64,000 nucleotides of DNA from NCBI GenBank assembly GCA_963848295.1, contig CAWKDB010000010.1, forward strand, positions 4,640,001-4,704,000. The letters run 5' to 3'. The stretch is from an uncultured delta proteobacterium (lineage in GTDB: Bacteria; Myxococcota_A; Polyangia; Haliangiales; Haliangiaceae). Under the pieces are notes generated by a model that searched no databases, was not told where the DNA came from, and saw nothing but the letters and a program-made list of their open reading frames with translations. This document shows, piece by piece, positions 9,202 through 19,464 of this stretch. The translations under genes and the position numbers were made by a program. Each line of letters opens with the position of its first letter. Position 1 is the stretch's first letter.

Positions 9202-10299
9202 CTACTGATTCGCGGGCGGATCGAAGGAACCGTTAACCGCGCCGGCGGTGAACACGAGGATCGCGCCACCTCCGCCACCGCCACCACCGCCCCCACCGAT
9301 CGGCCCGTTGCTGATGCCACCGCCCGGGCCGCCGGGGAACGCTTCGATCTGCATCGCATAGCCATCGCCGCCGAAGCCGGCCGTCGCGTCGGCAGGCGTG
9401 CCGCCCTTGTCGCCGCTGCCCGTGGCGCCGCCGCCGTTTCCGCCGCCGCCGCCACCCCCGCCGCCGCCGAGCGCGCGCACCATGCCACCGGTGACGTCGA
9501 TCGTCGGAGCGTCGAGCGCGACCATCCCGCCACTACCTCCGCCGTAGCCGCCTCCGTTGCCCACCGCGCCGCCGGCCCCGGGCGCGCCGTTCGCTTCGAT
9601 CCCACCGGTAATGGTTATGGCCGAGGCCATGAGGTACACGGCTCCGCCGGCGTCGGTCGGCGGCAGGACGCCGAGGGCGCCGGTGCCGCCTTCGCAGCCT
9701 CCGTGCAACGACGCAAACGGCGGCGAGGTCGGGCGCATCGCGAGCGGGCCAGGGACCAGCGACTGCCCGCCGGCGCCACCCGAAACGTTCGAGTCGAGCG
9801 TACCGCCGGCGCCGCCGGCGCCGCCGCCGCCAGCGAGCATGAGCGTGGGACACGCCGTCCAATCGGCACCGGCGCCCCCACTATCTTCGGTACTCGACAC
9901 GATAAGCGATCCGTACACGTTGATCTGCCCGGTCGCGACGAGCACGAGCGGCAGCGGCCCGCTGACCTCGACCGTACCTTGGATGTCGATGTTGGTCGCG
10001 ATCAAGGCACAGACCGAGTTGTCGAGCGTTTCCCGGTCGCACATCGTGCTGGAGGTCGAGAACGGACCGTCGAGCGTGAGGTTCTTGCCGGGGTCGGACA
10101 GGCAGCGTCGGTAGAACCCCGAGACTGAAAGTCTGTCGAGGCCCGTGCCGTTCATCCCGACCGTGATGCAGCCGGTTGGACCGTCGAGCTCGGGTGGGCT
10201 GGCGTCGCCGTATGCGTCGGGCGGAGCGTCGACCACGTCGAACAAGCGCTGGCACCCCGCGAGCGCGATTACCACCATCGACGCGAACACCGATCGCAC
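9202..10299 (-). CDS. Glycine-rich (PGRS-like) lipoprotein
   Basis: Lipobox LAGC, repeated GGGGSGG segments alternating with short beta-strand-like stretches (GGAVYLMA, GGMVALDA). Confidence 0.75.
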   Translation of the reverse strand: MRSVFASMVVIALAGCQRLFDVVDAPPDAYGDASPPELDGPTGCITVGMNGTGLDRLSVSGFYRRCLSDPGKNLTLDGPFSTSSTMCDRETLDNSVCALIATNIDIQGTVEVSGPLPLVLVATGQINVYGSLIVSSTEDSGGAGADWTACPTLMLAGGGGAGGAGGTLDSNVSGGAGGQSLVPGPLAMRPTSPPFASLHGGCEGGTGALGVLPPTDAGGAVYLMASAITITGGIEANGAPGAGGAVGNGGGYGGGSGGMVALDAPTIDVTGGMVRALGGGGGGGGGGNGGGATGSGDKGGTPADATAGFGGDGYAMQIEAFPGGPGGGISNGPIGGGGGGGGGGGAILVFTAGAVNGSFDPPANQ

Positions 10300-10313
10300 G
10301 CAGCGATCTTACC

Positions 10314-11411
10314 TCATCGCTTGGCGTCCACGCCGAAGATCGCGCGGACCTCGTACGCCGGTGTGACTTCTAGCTGATCGTAGCGGCACTCCGCCGGGGA
10401 CTTGTCCGGCCGCCAGCGCTTGAAGTGGGTCGCGTGGCGGAACCGCGTGCCTTCGAGATGATCGTAGGACACCTCGGCCACCAAGCCGAGCTTGATCGGC
10501 TCCCACGACAGGTCTTTGCCGCGATTCCATCGGCTGGTCGCGCCGGGCAGGCGGCGATCGGTCTCGGCTCCTTGCCACTCCGCCCAGTCTCTCCACGGAT
10601 GGCCGTCTTTCGCGCCGTCGCGCAGTGGCGCGAGCTGCTCGGCGAGTTGCGCCCGCACTTCCTGCTTGAACGCCGACGACACGCCGACGTGATGCAGCAC
10701 GCCGGTACTGTCGTAGAGGCCGAGCAACAGCGAGCCGACGAGCGTGCCCTTGCCGCCCTTGTACCAGCGGAACCCGGCGACCACGCACTCGGCGGTGCGC
10801 TGGTGCTTGATCTTGGTCATCGCGCGCTTGCCCGGCAGGTACGCGAGCTCGAGCGGCTTCGCGATCACGCCATCGAGCCCGGCACCCTCGAAGCGTTGAA
10901 ACCAGTCGGCCGCGACCGCGCGATCGCGCGTGACAGGCGTGACGTGGATCGGCGGCTGCGCACCCGCGAGCTCTCGCTCGAGCATCACCCGGCGATCGGC
11001 TTGCGGCAGCGCGCGCAGATCGGCGTCGCCGAGCGCGAGCAAGTCCCACGCGACGAACGACGCCGGGTGTTGCTCGGCGAGCATCTTGACGCGCGTCGCG
11101 GCGGGATGAATCCGCAGCAGCAGCGCTTCGAAGTCGAGCGCCTCGCCGTTCGCGATCACGATCTCGCCATCGAGCACGCAGCGCTCCGGCACGTTCGCGC
11201 GCAATGGCCCGGCGAGCTCGGGGAAGTAGCGGTCCAGCGGCTTGAGCTCGCGGCTCTGGATGAACAGCTCATCGCCGGAACGAAACACGATCGCGCGAAA
11301 GCCGTCCCACTTCGGCTCGTACTGCCAGGTCTCGCCTGCGGGGATCTCGCTCGCGGCCTTCGCGAGCATGGGCTCGAGCGGCGGTTGAAACGGTAGAGCG
11401 AGCTCGGCCAC
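10314..11411 (-). CDS. ligC: ATP-dependent DNA ligase, LigC-type
   Basis: PMLA, YEPKWDGFR (motif I Lys), LDGEIV, EGAGLDGVIAK, KIKHQRT, VGSLLLGLYD, RFRH..RWRPDK. Confidence 0.9.
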   Translation of the reverse strand: MAELALPFQPPLEPMLAKAASEIPAGETWQYEPKWDGFRAIVFRSGDELFIQSRELKPLDRYFPELAGPLRANVPERCVLDGEIVIANGEALDFEALLLRIHPAATRVKMLAEQHPASFVAWDLLALGDADLRALPQADRRVMLERELAGAQPPIHVTPVTRDRAVAADWFQRFEGAGLDGVIAKPLELAYLPGKRAMTKIKHQRTAECVVAGFRWYKGGKGTLVGSLLLGLYDSTGVLHHVGVSSAFKQEVRAQLAEQLAPLRDGAKDGHPWRDWAEWQGAETDRRLPGATSRWNRGKDLSWEPIKLGLVAEVSYDHLEGTRFRHATHFKRWRPDKSPAECRYDQLEVTPAYEVRAIFGVDAKR

Positions 11412-11427
11412 GCCGCACCGTAACCGA

Positions 11428-12183
11428 CTACCTCGCCGGTTGCAGTACCCCGAGCGACGCGCCCTGCGGATCGATCAAGATCCCGAGCCGGCCGACCTCG
11501 GGCACGTCGTTACCCTCCATCATGATCTGGCTGCCGAGGCGCTTCGCCTTGGCGATCGCGTCGTCGGTGCTCGCGACCTGGACGTACGGCATCCAGTGCT
11601 GCGGGATGCCCGGCATCGGCGACTTCATCACGCCGGCGCGGCCTTTGCCGTCGGAGTTGAGGATGTGATAGTCGCCGTCCGGCATCGCCATCTTGTCCGA
11701 CGTGAACCCGCCGATCGCCGAGTAGAACTTGATCATCGCCTCGGGGTTCGCGGTGTACAGCTCGTTCCAGCACCACGTGCCGGCGCGGCCCTTGTAGTCG
11801 CCGGTGCCCTGCGCCTGCGCCGGTTGCCATAGCGCGAACGTGCCGTCGAGCGGATCGGCGACGATCGCCATCGTGCCGACCTCGCCGAGCTTGAACGCGG
11901 CCTTGCGGATCTTGCCACCTGCCGCGGTGATCTTCGCGGACGTCGCGGTCGCGTCGGCGACTTGCAGATGCGGCAGCCAATGGCCGCCCGGGGGCGCACC
12001 TTGCGGCGTGGTCATGTAGCCGCCGATGGTCTCGCCGCCCGAGGCGATCATCGTGTACGAGCCACCCGGCATCGGCACGTCTTGGGTCGTCCAGTTGAAC
12101 AGCTCGCCGAAAAAGCCCTGCGCCTTCTTCACGTCGGGCGCCACGTACTCGAACCACACGAACTTGCCGGTCGGGATCGTCAT
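11428..12183 (-). CDS. Tandem-domain VOC (glyoxalase/bleomycin-resistance) family protein
   Basis: GKFVWFE / WCWNELYT duplicated domains, DPLDGTFALW / DPQGASLGV, AGGAG RBS. Confidence 0.85.
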   Translation of the reverse strand: MTIPTGKFVWFEYVAPDVKKAQGFFGELFNWTTQDVPMPGGSYTMIASGGETIGGYMTTPQGAPPGGHWLPHLQVADATATSAKITAAGGKIRKAAFKLGEVGTMAIVADPLDGTFALWQPAQAQGTGDYKGRAGTWCWNELYTANPEAMIKFYSAIGGFTSDKMAMPDGDYHILNSDGKGRAGVMKSPMPGIPQHWMPYVQVASTDDAIAKAKRLGSQIMMEGNDVPEVGRLGILIDPQGASLGVLQPAR

Positions 12184-12214
12184 TGCTTCGTTCTCCTGTT
12201 GGTTACGGCCTACA

Positions 12215-12241
12215 GTCGAACGAGGTGCTCGCCGATCGACA
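12215..12241 (-). promoter_or_regulatory. Putative ECF sigma promoter (TGTCGA-N17-CGAC, ECF42-like) upstream of the VOC gene
   Basis: Minus strand reads TGTCGAtcggcgagcacctcgttCGAC about 30 nt before the start codon. Confidence 0.35.
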
Positions 12242-12280
12242 GCGGGAGTGCGAATTTGTTTTCGGCGGCGCGGCGCGAAG

Positions 12281-12727
12281 TTACGAGCGGAGTGCGAGCG
12301 GGCCGCCTTCCGGCACGAACTCCATCGACACCGAGTTGAGGCAGTAGCGCTGGTGGGTCGGCGGCGGACCGTCGTCGAACACGTGGCCGAGATGGGCATC
12401 GCACCGCGCGCACCGGATCTCGACCCGGCGCATGCCATGGCTCGAGTCGACGATCGTCGCGACATGAGCGGGATCGTACGGCTGGAAGAAGCTGGGCCAG
12501 CCGGTGCCCGATTCGAACTTCGCGTTCGAGCTGAACAGCGGCAAGCCGCACAACCGACACGCGTACGTGCCGGGTTGCTTGTTGTCGAGCAACAGCCCGC
12601 AGAACGGCCGCTCGGTACCTTGATGCAGGATGACGTGGCGCTCCTCGGGCGTGAACGCCGCGGCGAGGGCGTTGACGCGGTCATCGGACAGCCGGGTCAG
12701 GTCGTAACCGGACTTGGAGGTGGTCAT
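12281..12727 (-). CDS. msrB: Peptide methionine sulfoxide reductase MsrB
   Basis: [43 protein letters not shown]. Confidence 0.95.
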   Translation of the reverse strand: MTTSKSGYDLTRLSDDRVNALAAAFTPEERHVILHQGTERPFCGLLLDNKQPGTYACRLCGLPLFSSNAKFESGTGWPSFFQPYDPAHVATIVDSSHGMRRVEIRCARCDAHLGHVFDDGPPPTHQRYCLNSVSMEFVPEGGPLALRS

Positions 12728-12846
12728 GGCCAATGCATACGTCAGAACCGGCGCCAGCGTTACCGCCGACCACATGTGTGCCCCGAGGCTGTGCCGAGGG
12801 TGTCCGGTGTCGCATGGCTGATCGCCGAGGTGTATCGTTGACGGAC

Positions 12847-14430
12847 GTGGCGGATACGCCGGAACAGGGGGGGCCGCCGCGTGCGGGCTCGGCCAGCGGC
12901 ATTGCGGCCGCGTCAGCCGAATCGCGAGCGGTAAGTCCGCACACACTGGACGGCGAAGGTGTTGATGCCGATCCGGAGCAGCTCGCGGTGGCGGAGCGCT
13001 ACACGTCGACGCCGAAACCAGCGACGTCGCGACCTTCGCTGAAGCGGCGCGTGACCCGGCCGAGCTTCTTGATCGATCTGACCGCAGGCAGCCCGGTCGG
13101 CGAGTACGAAGTGCAATCGCAGATCGGCGAAGGCGCGATGGGCACGGTGTTCTACGCGGTCCATCCGCTGATCGGCAAGAAGGCCGCGATCAAGGTGTTG
13201 AAGCCCGAGTTGTGCGCGAACCAAGCGCAGATCGATCGGTTCGTGCAGGAGGCCCAGGCGGTCAACAAGATCGGCCACCCGAACATCGTCGACGTGTTCT
13301 CGTTTGGCGAGCTCGCCGACGGCCGCGTTTACATGGTGATGGAGTGGCTGCGCGGCGAGGACCTCAAGGCGCGGCTCGCCCATGGCCCGATGCCGGTCGC
13401 CGATGCATGCACGATCCTCGAGGGCATCTCGCGCGCGCTCGAGGCAGCGCATGCGCAAGACATCATCCATCGCGACCTCAAGCCCGATAACGTATTCCTG
13501 CATCAGGTCGAGAACGGACCGCAGATCGTCAAGCTGCTCGACTTCGGCATCGCGAAGCTCGTCCGCGTCACGCCCGGGACCGAGCGCACGCAGACCGGCA
13601 ACATGCTCGGCACGCCGCGCTACATCGCGCCGGAGCAAGCGCGAGGCGTCAACGTCGATCCTCGCGCGGACATCTATTCGCTCGGCGTGATGGCGTTCGA
13701 GATGCTGGCAGGTCGAGCGCCGTTCGAAGGCGAGACCGCGATGGATCTCGTCGTCAAACACCTCAACGAGCCAGCGCCGAAGCTATCGGACTTCGCGCGG
13801 GTCCCGAAGGCGCTCGAAGCGTGCGTGATGAGCATGCTCGACAAGTCGGCTGACAAGCGGCCGACGCTCGCGCGCGTGCGTGCGGTGTTCGCCGATCCGT
13901 CGCAGCGTGGCACGCCCCTTCCGTTGCCAGCGCCGCGCAGGTTGCCGATCGCGGCTATCGCGGTGGTCGGGGCGATCGCGCTCGGTGGGCTGACATGGAA
14001 GCTCGTCGCTGGGGTGGAGCACGAGCAAACGACGGCGGGATCGGGATCGCCTCCGCCTGCGCCTGCGCCTGCGCCTACGCCTACGCCAGATCCGAGCCCC
14101 CCGAAGAAAGCGAACGTCGAGATCGACGTCTCGGGAGCGAAGGATGCGATCATCCTGATCGACGGCGTCGAGAAAGGGCGGGGCGAAGAGCTCAAAGCCG
14201 AGCTCGATCCCGGGCCGCACGACATCGAGGTCCGGGCGCCCGGGCGCGGGCAGATTCCCGCGCGCCACGTCGATCTCGCCCCGAACGAGACGAACACGTT
14301 ATCATTCTCGTTCAGCGCGGCGACCGCACCGGTCCCTCACCCGACCGGCGGCCGGCCGGCGCACCGCGCGAAGCCCGATTCGCGAGCCGAGCCTGATGAT
14401 GACGAGCTGCTCACGCCGCACAAGCACTGA
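12847..14430 (+). CDS. Hanks-type Ser/Thr protein kinase with TM helix and PEGA-like extracytoplasmic domain
   Basis: [36 protein letters not shown] 12847 chosen because TATCGT precedes it; ORF is open from 12733. Confidence 0.9.
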   Translation: MADTPEQGGPPRAGSASGIAAASAESRAVSPHTLDGEGVDADPEQLAVAERYTSTPKPATSRPSLKRRVTRPSFLIDLTAGSPVGEYEVQSQIGEGAMGTVFYAVHPLIGKKAAIKVLKPELCANQAQIDRFVQEAQAVNKIGHPNIVDVFSFGELADGRVYMVMEWLRGEDLKARLAHGPMPVADACTILEGISRALEAAHAQDIIHRDLKPDNVFLHQVENGPQIVKLLDFGIAKLVRVTPGTERTQTGNMLGTPRYIAPEQARGVNVDPRADIYSLGVMAFEMLAGRAPFEGETAMDLVVKHLNEPAPKLSDFARVPKALEACVMSMLDKSADKRPTLARVRAVFADPSQRGTPLPLPAPRRLPIAAIAVVGAIALGGLTWKLVAGVEHEQTTAGSGSPPPAPAPAPTPTPDPSPPKKANVEIDVSGAKDAIILIDGVEKGRGEELKAELDPGPHDIEVRAPGRGQIPARHVDLAPNETNTLSFSFSAATAPVPHPTGGRPAHRAKPDSRAEPDDDELLTPHKH

Positions 14431-15253
14431 CCGGATCCGCGCGGTGCTGTTCGTCGTGGTCGCGCTCGTCGTCGCGCCGAGCGGGGTCTCGCGCGCCGAC
14501 GGCACCGACACCGCGACGCAAGCCAAGGCCGGTGTGCTGTTCGAGAAGGGCCAAGCGCACTTCCAGGCCGGCGAATACCAGGCGGCGATCCAGCTGTTCC
14601 AGGACGCCTATGGGCTCGTCCACGATCCGGTCTACCTGTTCAACATCGCGCAGAGCTTCCGCAAGACGCTCGATTGCGTCGCGGCGTCCGACTACTACAA
14701 CCGCTACCTCGCGCAGGCGAAGAACGGTGACGCGAAGACGGCGGCGAAGGTGCAAGGCTGGCTGCGCGAATTGCAGCCATGCGTCGAGCAGCGCCGGCAG
14801 GAGCGCGAGGCGGTCGAGCACGCCGCGCAGATCGAGCGCGAGGAGAAGGCGCGCGAACAAGCCGAGCGCCAGCGCCAACTCGCGGCAACGACTCACCCGA
14901 TCACGCACGAGATCGATCGCGGTCGTGGCTGGCGGATCGGTGGGGTCGCCGCGGCGTCGGTTGGCGTGGTGGGCCTCGCGCTCGGCGTCACGTACTCGGT
15001 GATCGGCGGGAACAAGAAGACCGAAGCCGCGACCCAGCTCGCGATGACGCACGACCTGACCGATCCGACGTATGTCAGCCTCGACCAAGACGGCCGCGAC
15101 GCGAACACGCTAGCGACCGTCGGCTACATCGCCGGTGGAGTGCTCGCGCTCGGCGGCGTGGCGATGTACATCTACGGCCGGATCGACGTCGAGCGCGTCG
15201 TGATCACGCCGGCGCCGGGCGGTGCGGCGGTCGGCATCACCGGCTCGTTCTGA
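14396..15253 (+). CDS. TPR-repeat membrane-anchored protein (kinase partner)
   Basis: Signal-like N-terminus, TPR helices (LFEKGQAHFQAGEYQAAIQLFQDAY..YLFNIAQ), C-terminal TM segments ending GGAAVGITGSF; overlaps the kinase stop. Confidence 0.8.
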   Translation: MMTSCSRRTSTDRIRAVLFVVVALVVAPSGVSRADGTDTATQAKAGVLFEKGQAHFQAGEYQAAIQLFQDAYGLVHDPVYLFNIAQSFRKTLDCVAASDYYNRYLAQAKNGDAKTAAKVQGWLRELQPCVEQRRQEREAVEHAAQIEREEKAREQAERQRQLAATTHPITHEIDRGRGWRIGGVAAASVGVVGLALGVTYSVIGGNKKTEAATQLAMTHDLTDPTYVSLDQDGRDANTLATVGYIAGGVLALGGVAMYIYGRIDVERVVITPAPGGAAVGITGSF

Positions 15254-15418
15254 GTGATGCTGGATCTCGCACCACTCGTCGCGGAGCTCGTGACCGTGCA
15301 CGGCGTCCACACGGTCATCTTGTATGGCTCGTATGCGCGCGGCGATGCGACGGCGGCGGCCGATGCGACGATCGAGGCGATCGCGGCGTTGGTCGAGCAG
15401 GTCACAGCGGCGCGATGA
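15254..15418 (+). pseudogene. Internally deleted minimal nucleotidyltransferase (MNT) remnant
   Basis: Translates to MMLDLAPLVAELVTVHGVHTVILYGSYARGDATAAADATIEAIAALVEQVTAAR. The GS-x-ARG motif is present but the DxD and core are missing. Not in the ORF track. Confidence 0.65.
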
Positions 15419-16181
15419 ACAGCGAATCGGTCGGCTCGGAGATCGCGAGATCTTTGATCGTCGTCGTGACCGTGGGATCGCCGAGATCTTTTAGGGTGGT
15501 CGCGAACTTCATGCCGTCGACGACGGTCCAGCCATCGAGCGCATAGCCGGTGCGTTGCGCCGCACCCGGCTTCACGATCTCGACGCGCGAGATCAAGCTG
15601 GTCGCGCGGGCGACGAACACGTGGAGCTCGTCGGTGCGCATCGGATCGCCGAACGTCACCGCGAGCTCGTCGTCGTCGCCGGCCGGCCCGACGTACGCGA
15701 GCTTCGTGCCGGGCTCCAGCATGAGGAACGGCAGGGTCAACAGCGCGGTGTCGGTCTCGAACGCGGCTTTCGCGACCGCGATCGCGTGGGCGCGGCTGTC
15801 CGCGTCGAGGTTCATGTGATGCTCGCCGTGCTGCATGTAGCCCATCGCATGGCTGCCGTAGAGGTCGTAGCCGACGACGACATCGCCGCCCGGCTGCATG
15901 AGCCTGCCGTAGTGGCGCGCGTTGACGCGATCCCAGGCTTCTTCGCCATCGCGCGCGACCTTGTCGTTCTGCATGACCGTCTCGTGCCAGCGCAGCTGCT
16001 TCGCGTGATCCCAGTTCGGCCCACCGGCGGCGGCGAACGCTTTGTCGGCGATCGCGAGCGCCTTCGGATCGGCGGCGGCGCGATCGAACGTCGCGGGGGC
16101 GCCGGGATAGCGAGCCGGGGTCGAGCTCGACGGGGCGCACGCGGTGATCGCGATGACGAGGCTGAGCAGTGTCGGTTTCAT
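15402..16181 (-). CDS. Hypothetical lipoprotein (beta-rich, LolA-like fold possible)
   Basis: MKPTLLSLVIAITAC lipobox, AAGG-x-W motif, beta-strand-rich C-terminal half. Confidence 0.7.
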   Translation of the reverse strand: MKPTLLSLVIAITACAPSSSTPARYPGAPATFDRAAADPKALAIADKAFAAAGGPNWDHAKQLRWHETVMQNDKVARDGEEAWDRVNARHYGRLMQPGGDVVVGYDLYGSHAMGYMQHGEHHMNLDADSRAHAIAVAKAAFETDTALLTLPFLMLEPGTKLAYVGPAGDDDELAVTFGDPMRTDELHVFVARATSLISRVEIVKPGAAQRTGYALDGWTVVDGMKFATTLKDLGDPTVTTTIKDLAISEPTDSLFIAPL

Positions 16182-16280
16182 CACGCGTGTCGTGACCTGC
16201 CAGCGCGGCCCGCGGTTGCCTGTTGCCATCGGCTGTTACTCACGAGGCGCGATGAGAGCGGCGATGGTCGCAGTAGCGGG

Positions 16281-17627
16281 CTAGTCCACGCCGTACTTCT
16301 TGAGCCGGTCGTAGAGCGTGCGCTCGCCGATGTCGAGCAGCTCGGCCGCCTTGCGGCGGTTGCCGCCGACGACCTCGAGCGCATGGAGCACCGCCTCGCG
16401 CTCCAGCTCGGCGAGCGGCCGCACCGCGCCATCGGTCCGCGGCGCGCCACCGGCCGCAGCCGGCGCGGCGTCTTCGAGCCACAGGTGCTCGGCGTCGATC
16501 GTGTCGCCGTCGGCGAGGATCGCGGCGCGCTCGAGCGCGTTCGCGAGCTCGCGCACGTTGCCGCGCCACGCGGCAGCCGAGATTCGCTTTTCGGCGGCGG
16601 GCGATAGCTTCGGCACGCTGCGCTTGAGATCTGCGGCGATGCGCTGGAGCAATGCCTTCGCGATCGGCAGCACGTCGCCGCGCCGCTCGCGCAGCGCCGG
16701 CAGCTTGATCGGGAACACCGCGAGCCGGTGATAGAGATCCTCGCGAAACGCGCCGCGATCGATCATCACGCGCAGGTCGCGGTTCGTCGCGGCGATCCAG
16801 CGCACGTCGGCTTCGAGCGTGCGACTGCCGCCGACGCGCTCGAACCGGCGCTCTTGCAGCACGCGCAACAGCTTCGCTTGGAGCTCGGGCTTGAGCTCGC
16901 CGACCTCGTCGAGGAAGAACGTGCCACCCTCGGCGAGCTCGAGCCGGCCGCGCTTGCGCTCGGTCGCGCCGGTGAACGCGCCCTTCTCGTGACCGAACAG
17001 CTCGCTCTCGAGCAGCGTCTCGGACAGCGCGGCGCAGTTGATCGCCATGAACGGCTTCGTCGCGCGCGGGCTCTTCGCGTGGATCGCGTGCGCGGCGACC
17101 TCCTTGCCGGTGCCGCTCTCGCCAAGCAGCAGCACGGTCGCTGCGGTGCGCGCGACCTTGTCGATCGCTTCGACGACCGGCGCCATCGCGGGATCGCCGT
17201 AGGTCAACGGCGGCCCGACCGGCACGGTGCGGCGCTCGGCGCTGTCGGCGCGGTCGCGCAGGCCGCGATGCTCGGCGGCGCGCTGCACGAGCAAGCGCAG
17301 CTCGTCGGGTCCGGACAGCGGTTTCTGGAGGTACTCGAACGCGCCGAGCTTCATCGCCTCGACTGCGGTGTCGACCGTGCCGTGCGCGGTCATCACGACG
17401 ATCTCGATCTCCGGCTGCTCGGCGCGCACCTTGCGCAACAGCGCCATGCCGTCCATCCCCGGCATCTTCAGATCGGTGATCAGCACGTCGAACCCGCGCT
17501 CGTCGAGCAGCTTCGCGGCTTGTTTGCCGTCGGGCGCCGCGACGACCGAATGGTCGTCGAGCGCGAGCGCGTCGGTGATGAACTCGCGCAGCCCGGGCTC
17601 GTCGTCGGCAACAAGGATGCGGGCCAT
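16281..17627 (-). CDS. Sigma54-dependent NtrC-family response regulator
   Basis: Receiver (ILVADDE, TDLKMPG), GESGTGKE, GAFTGA, FFLDEVGE, FREDLYHRL, WRGNVREL, Fis-type HTH. Confidence 0.95.
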   Translation of the reverse strand: MARILVADDEPGLREFITDALALDDHSVVAAPDGKQAAKLLDERGFDVLITDLKMPGMDGMALLRKVRAEQPEIEIVVMTAHGTVDTAVEAMKLGAFEYLQKPLSGPDELRLLVQRAAEHRGLRDRADSAERRTVPVGPPLTYGDPAMAPVVEAIDKVARTAATVLLLGESGTGKEVAAHAIHAKSPRATKPFMAINCAALSETLLESELFGHEKGAFTGATERKRGRLELAEGGTFFLDEVGELKPELQAKLLRVLQERRFERVGGSRTLEADVRWIAATNRDLRVMIDRGAFREDLYHRLAVFPIKLPALRERRGDVLPIAKALLQRIAADLKRSVPKLSPAAEKRISAAAWRGNVRELANALERAAILADGDTIDAEHLWLEDAAPAAAGGAPRTDGAVRPLAELEREAVLHALEVVGGNRRKAAELLDIGERTLYDRLKKYGVD

Positions 17628-17635
17628 GGCTTCGT

Positions 17636-18856
17636 TTACCTCGGAATCTCGACGCGAAACACCGCGCCGCCTGCCGGATCGACCGACACGCCGATCGTTC
17701 CGCCGTGGAGCAGCACGATCCGGCGCGCGACCGACAGGCCCAAGCCCGTGCCGTGCGTCTTGTTCGTGTAGAACGGCTCGAAGATCTTGTCGCGATCGGC
17801 CTCGGGCACGCCGGGGCCGCGATCGGCGACCGCGACGACCAGCCGGCCGCGCTCGACCGTCGCGCACGCGCGCACCGGCGGTCCGGCGTGGACCGCGTTC
17901 GAGATCAGATTCGACACGACCTGGTGCATGCGCTCGCGGTCGATCGGCCAGCGGATCGCGCCCGGCGGCGTCTCGATCGTCACGCCATCTTGCGCGCAGC
18001 TCGCGAGCAGCTCGCCGATGTCGGTGACCTCGCGCTTGATCTCGCCGTGCTTCGCGAACGACAGTAGATCTTGGGTCAGCCGCTCGAGCCGTTGCGCCTC
18101 GTCGACGACGCGCTCGGCTTTGGCCCTCGGCTTCTCGCCTTCCGGCAACATCGACACCAGCAACTGAGCGTTGCCTTTGAGCGAGGCGAGTGGGTTCTTG
18201 ATCTCGTGCGCGAGCACCGCCGACATCTCGCCGAGGCTCGCGAGCCGGCGCTCGCGTTCGCGCGCGTTGTCTTCGGCGCGGCGGTTCAACTCGCGGCGCA
18301 CCATCGCGATCGCGACGCCGAGCAGGGTGAGCGCGGCGAGCGTCCCGATCTCGAGGTTGCGCGTCGCCGCGGTGCGCACCGCTTCCGCCTCGACCGGCTC
18401 GATCTCCATCACGACCCACAGCGCGTGGCCACCTTCACCCCACGCGCGGCGGAACGGCAAGCGCACCTCGACTCGCACCCGGTTGTCGACGAGCGCGACG
18501 TGCCGTGTCGGGCCGGTGCTGCCATGGCCGTGGAGCGACGGATCGAGCTCGCTGCCGAGCGCCTTGCCGGCTTCGTCCTCGATCCGGCCATGCTCGAGCG
18601 ACGCGACGTAGCGCAGACCCTCGGCGGCATGGTCGCGGAGGATCGCCGCGAGATCGTCGGCGGTGGGCGGGTGACCGACGTCCGCGAGATCGGCGCGCAC
18701 GCTCTGTTCGACCGCGAGCGCCTGTCCGGACTGTACCGCGGACGACGCCTCGACGACGGTCGACCGCGTCGACCACGCGGTCGCGAGCACCGCCGCGCCG
18801 ATCAGCGCGAACGCGACCACGATCGACCAGCCGGCGAGCGCGGGGCTTCGCCTCAT
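17636..18856 (-). CDS. Sensor histidine kinase (ZraS/HydH-like)
   Basis: Two TM helices, LAHEIKNPL H-box, NLISNA, DRGPG, FEPFYT, GTGLGL. Confidence 0.92.
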   Translation of the reverse strand: MRRSPALAGWSIVVAFALIGAAVLATAWSTRSTVVEASSAVQSGQALAVEQSVRADLADVGHPPTADDLAAILRDHAAEGLRYVASLEHGRIEDEAGKALGSELDPSLHGHGSTGPTRHVALVDNRVRVEVRLPFRRAWGEGGHALWVVMEIEPVEAEAVRTAATRNLEIGTLAALTLLGVAIAMVRRELNRRAEDNARERERRLASLGEMSAVLAHEIKNPLASLKGNAQLLVSMLPEGEKPRAKAERVVDEAQRLERLTQDLLSFAKHGEIKREVTDIGELLASCAQDGVTIETPPGAIRWPIDRERMHQVVSNLISNAVHAGPPVRACATVERGRLVVAVADRGPGVPEADRDKIFEPFYTNKTHGTGLGLSVARRIVLLHGGTIGVSVDPAGGAVFRVEIPR

Positions 18857-18939
18857 CGGCCGCCCTTCGCCCTGAGCGGACAGCCGTTCGATCGAAGGTC
18901 CTCAGGGCTCATCGCCGGCAGCATACGTCACGCCACGCT

Positions 18940-19377
18940 CTACAGCGCGGGCGCGGGACCGGCGCCACCTTGGCCTCGGTTGCCCCAGCCGCCGTGATGA
19001 TGGCGATGACCGAACTTGCCCATGCGAGCTTGCGCGGCCTTGAACTCGGACAGGCTGATCTGGCCGTCCTTGTTCGTGTCCATCTTCTCGAAGCGCGCGG
19101 TCGCGCGCTCGTCGCGCATCACGGCCTTCTCGCTCGCATCGAGCTTGCCGTCCTTGTTCGTGTCGTACTTCGCGAGCATCTTCGCCTTGAAGTCGGCGCG
19201 CATGGCCGCGCGCTCCGACGCGTCGAGCTTGCCGTCGCCGTTGGCGTCGTATTTCTGGAGTAGCGCGGCCTTGTTCGGGCCGTCGGGACCGCCGCCGCCT
19301 TGAGCGGCGCAGATGGCGGCAGTGCCGCCGAGTAAAGAGGCCGAGAGAGCGAGAGCGATCTTCAACTTGGTCAGCAT
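18940..19377 (-). CDS. Secreted EF-hand calcium-binding protein
   Basis: Signal peptide, three loops DANGDGKLDASE, DTNKDGKLDASE and DTNKDGQISLSE, His-rich tail GHRHHHGG, AAGGAG RBS. Confidence 0.88.
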   Translation of the reverse strand: MLTKLKIALALSASLLGGTAAICAAQGGGGPDGPNKAALLQKYDANGDGKLDASERAAMRADFKAKMLAKYDTNKDGKLDASEKAVMRDERATARFEKMDTNKDGQISLSEFKAAQARMGKFGHRHHHGGWGNRGQGGAGPAPAL

Positions 19378-19464
19378 GGGTTTCTCCTTGGTTCGATCCA
19401 GACCGCACCGCCATTCGGCGGTGCTGCCGGCGCGGGCAAGCCCGGCGCCGTCGAGCTGACCTAT

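Noticed and set aside
14052..14090. (CCTGCG)n/(CCTACG)n short tandem repeat
   Set aside because: It encodes an ordinary Pro-Ala/Pro-Thr linker in the kinase.
19130..19260. Direct DNA repeats (CGAGCTTGCCGTC..)
   Set aside because: Explained by duplicated EF-hand loops in the coding sequence.
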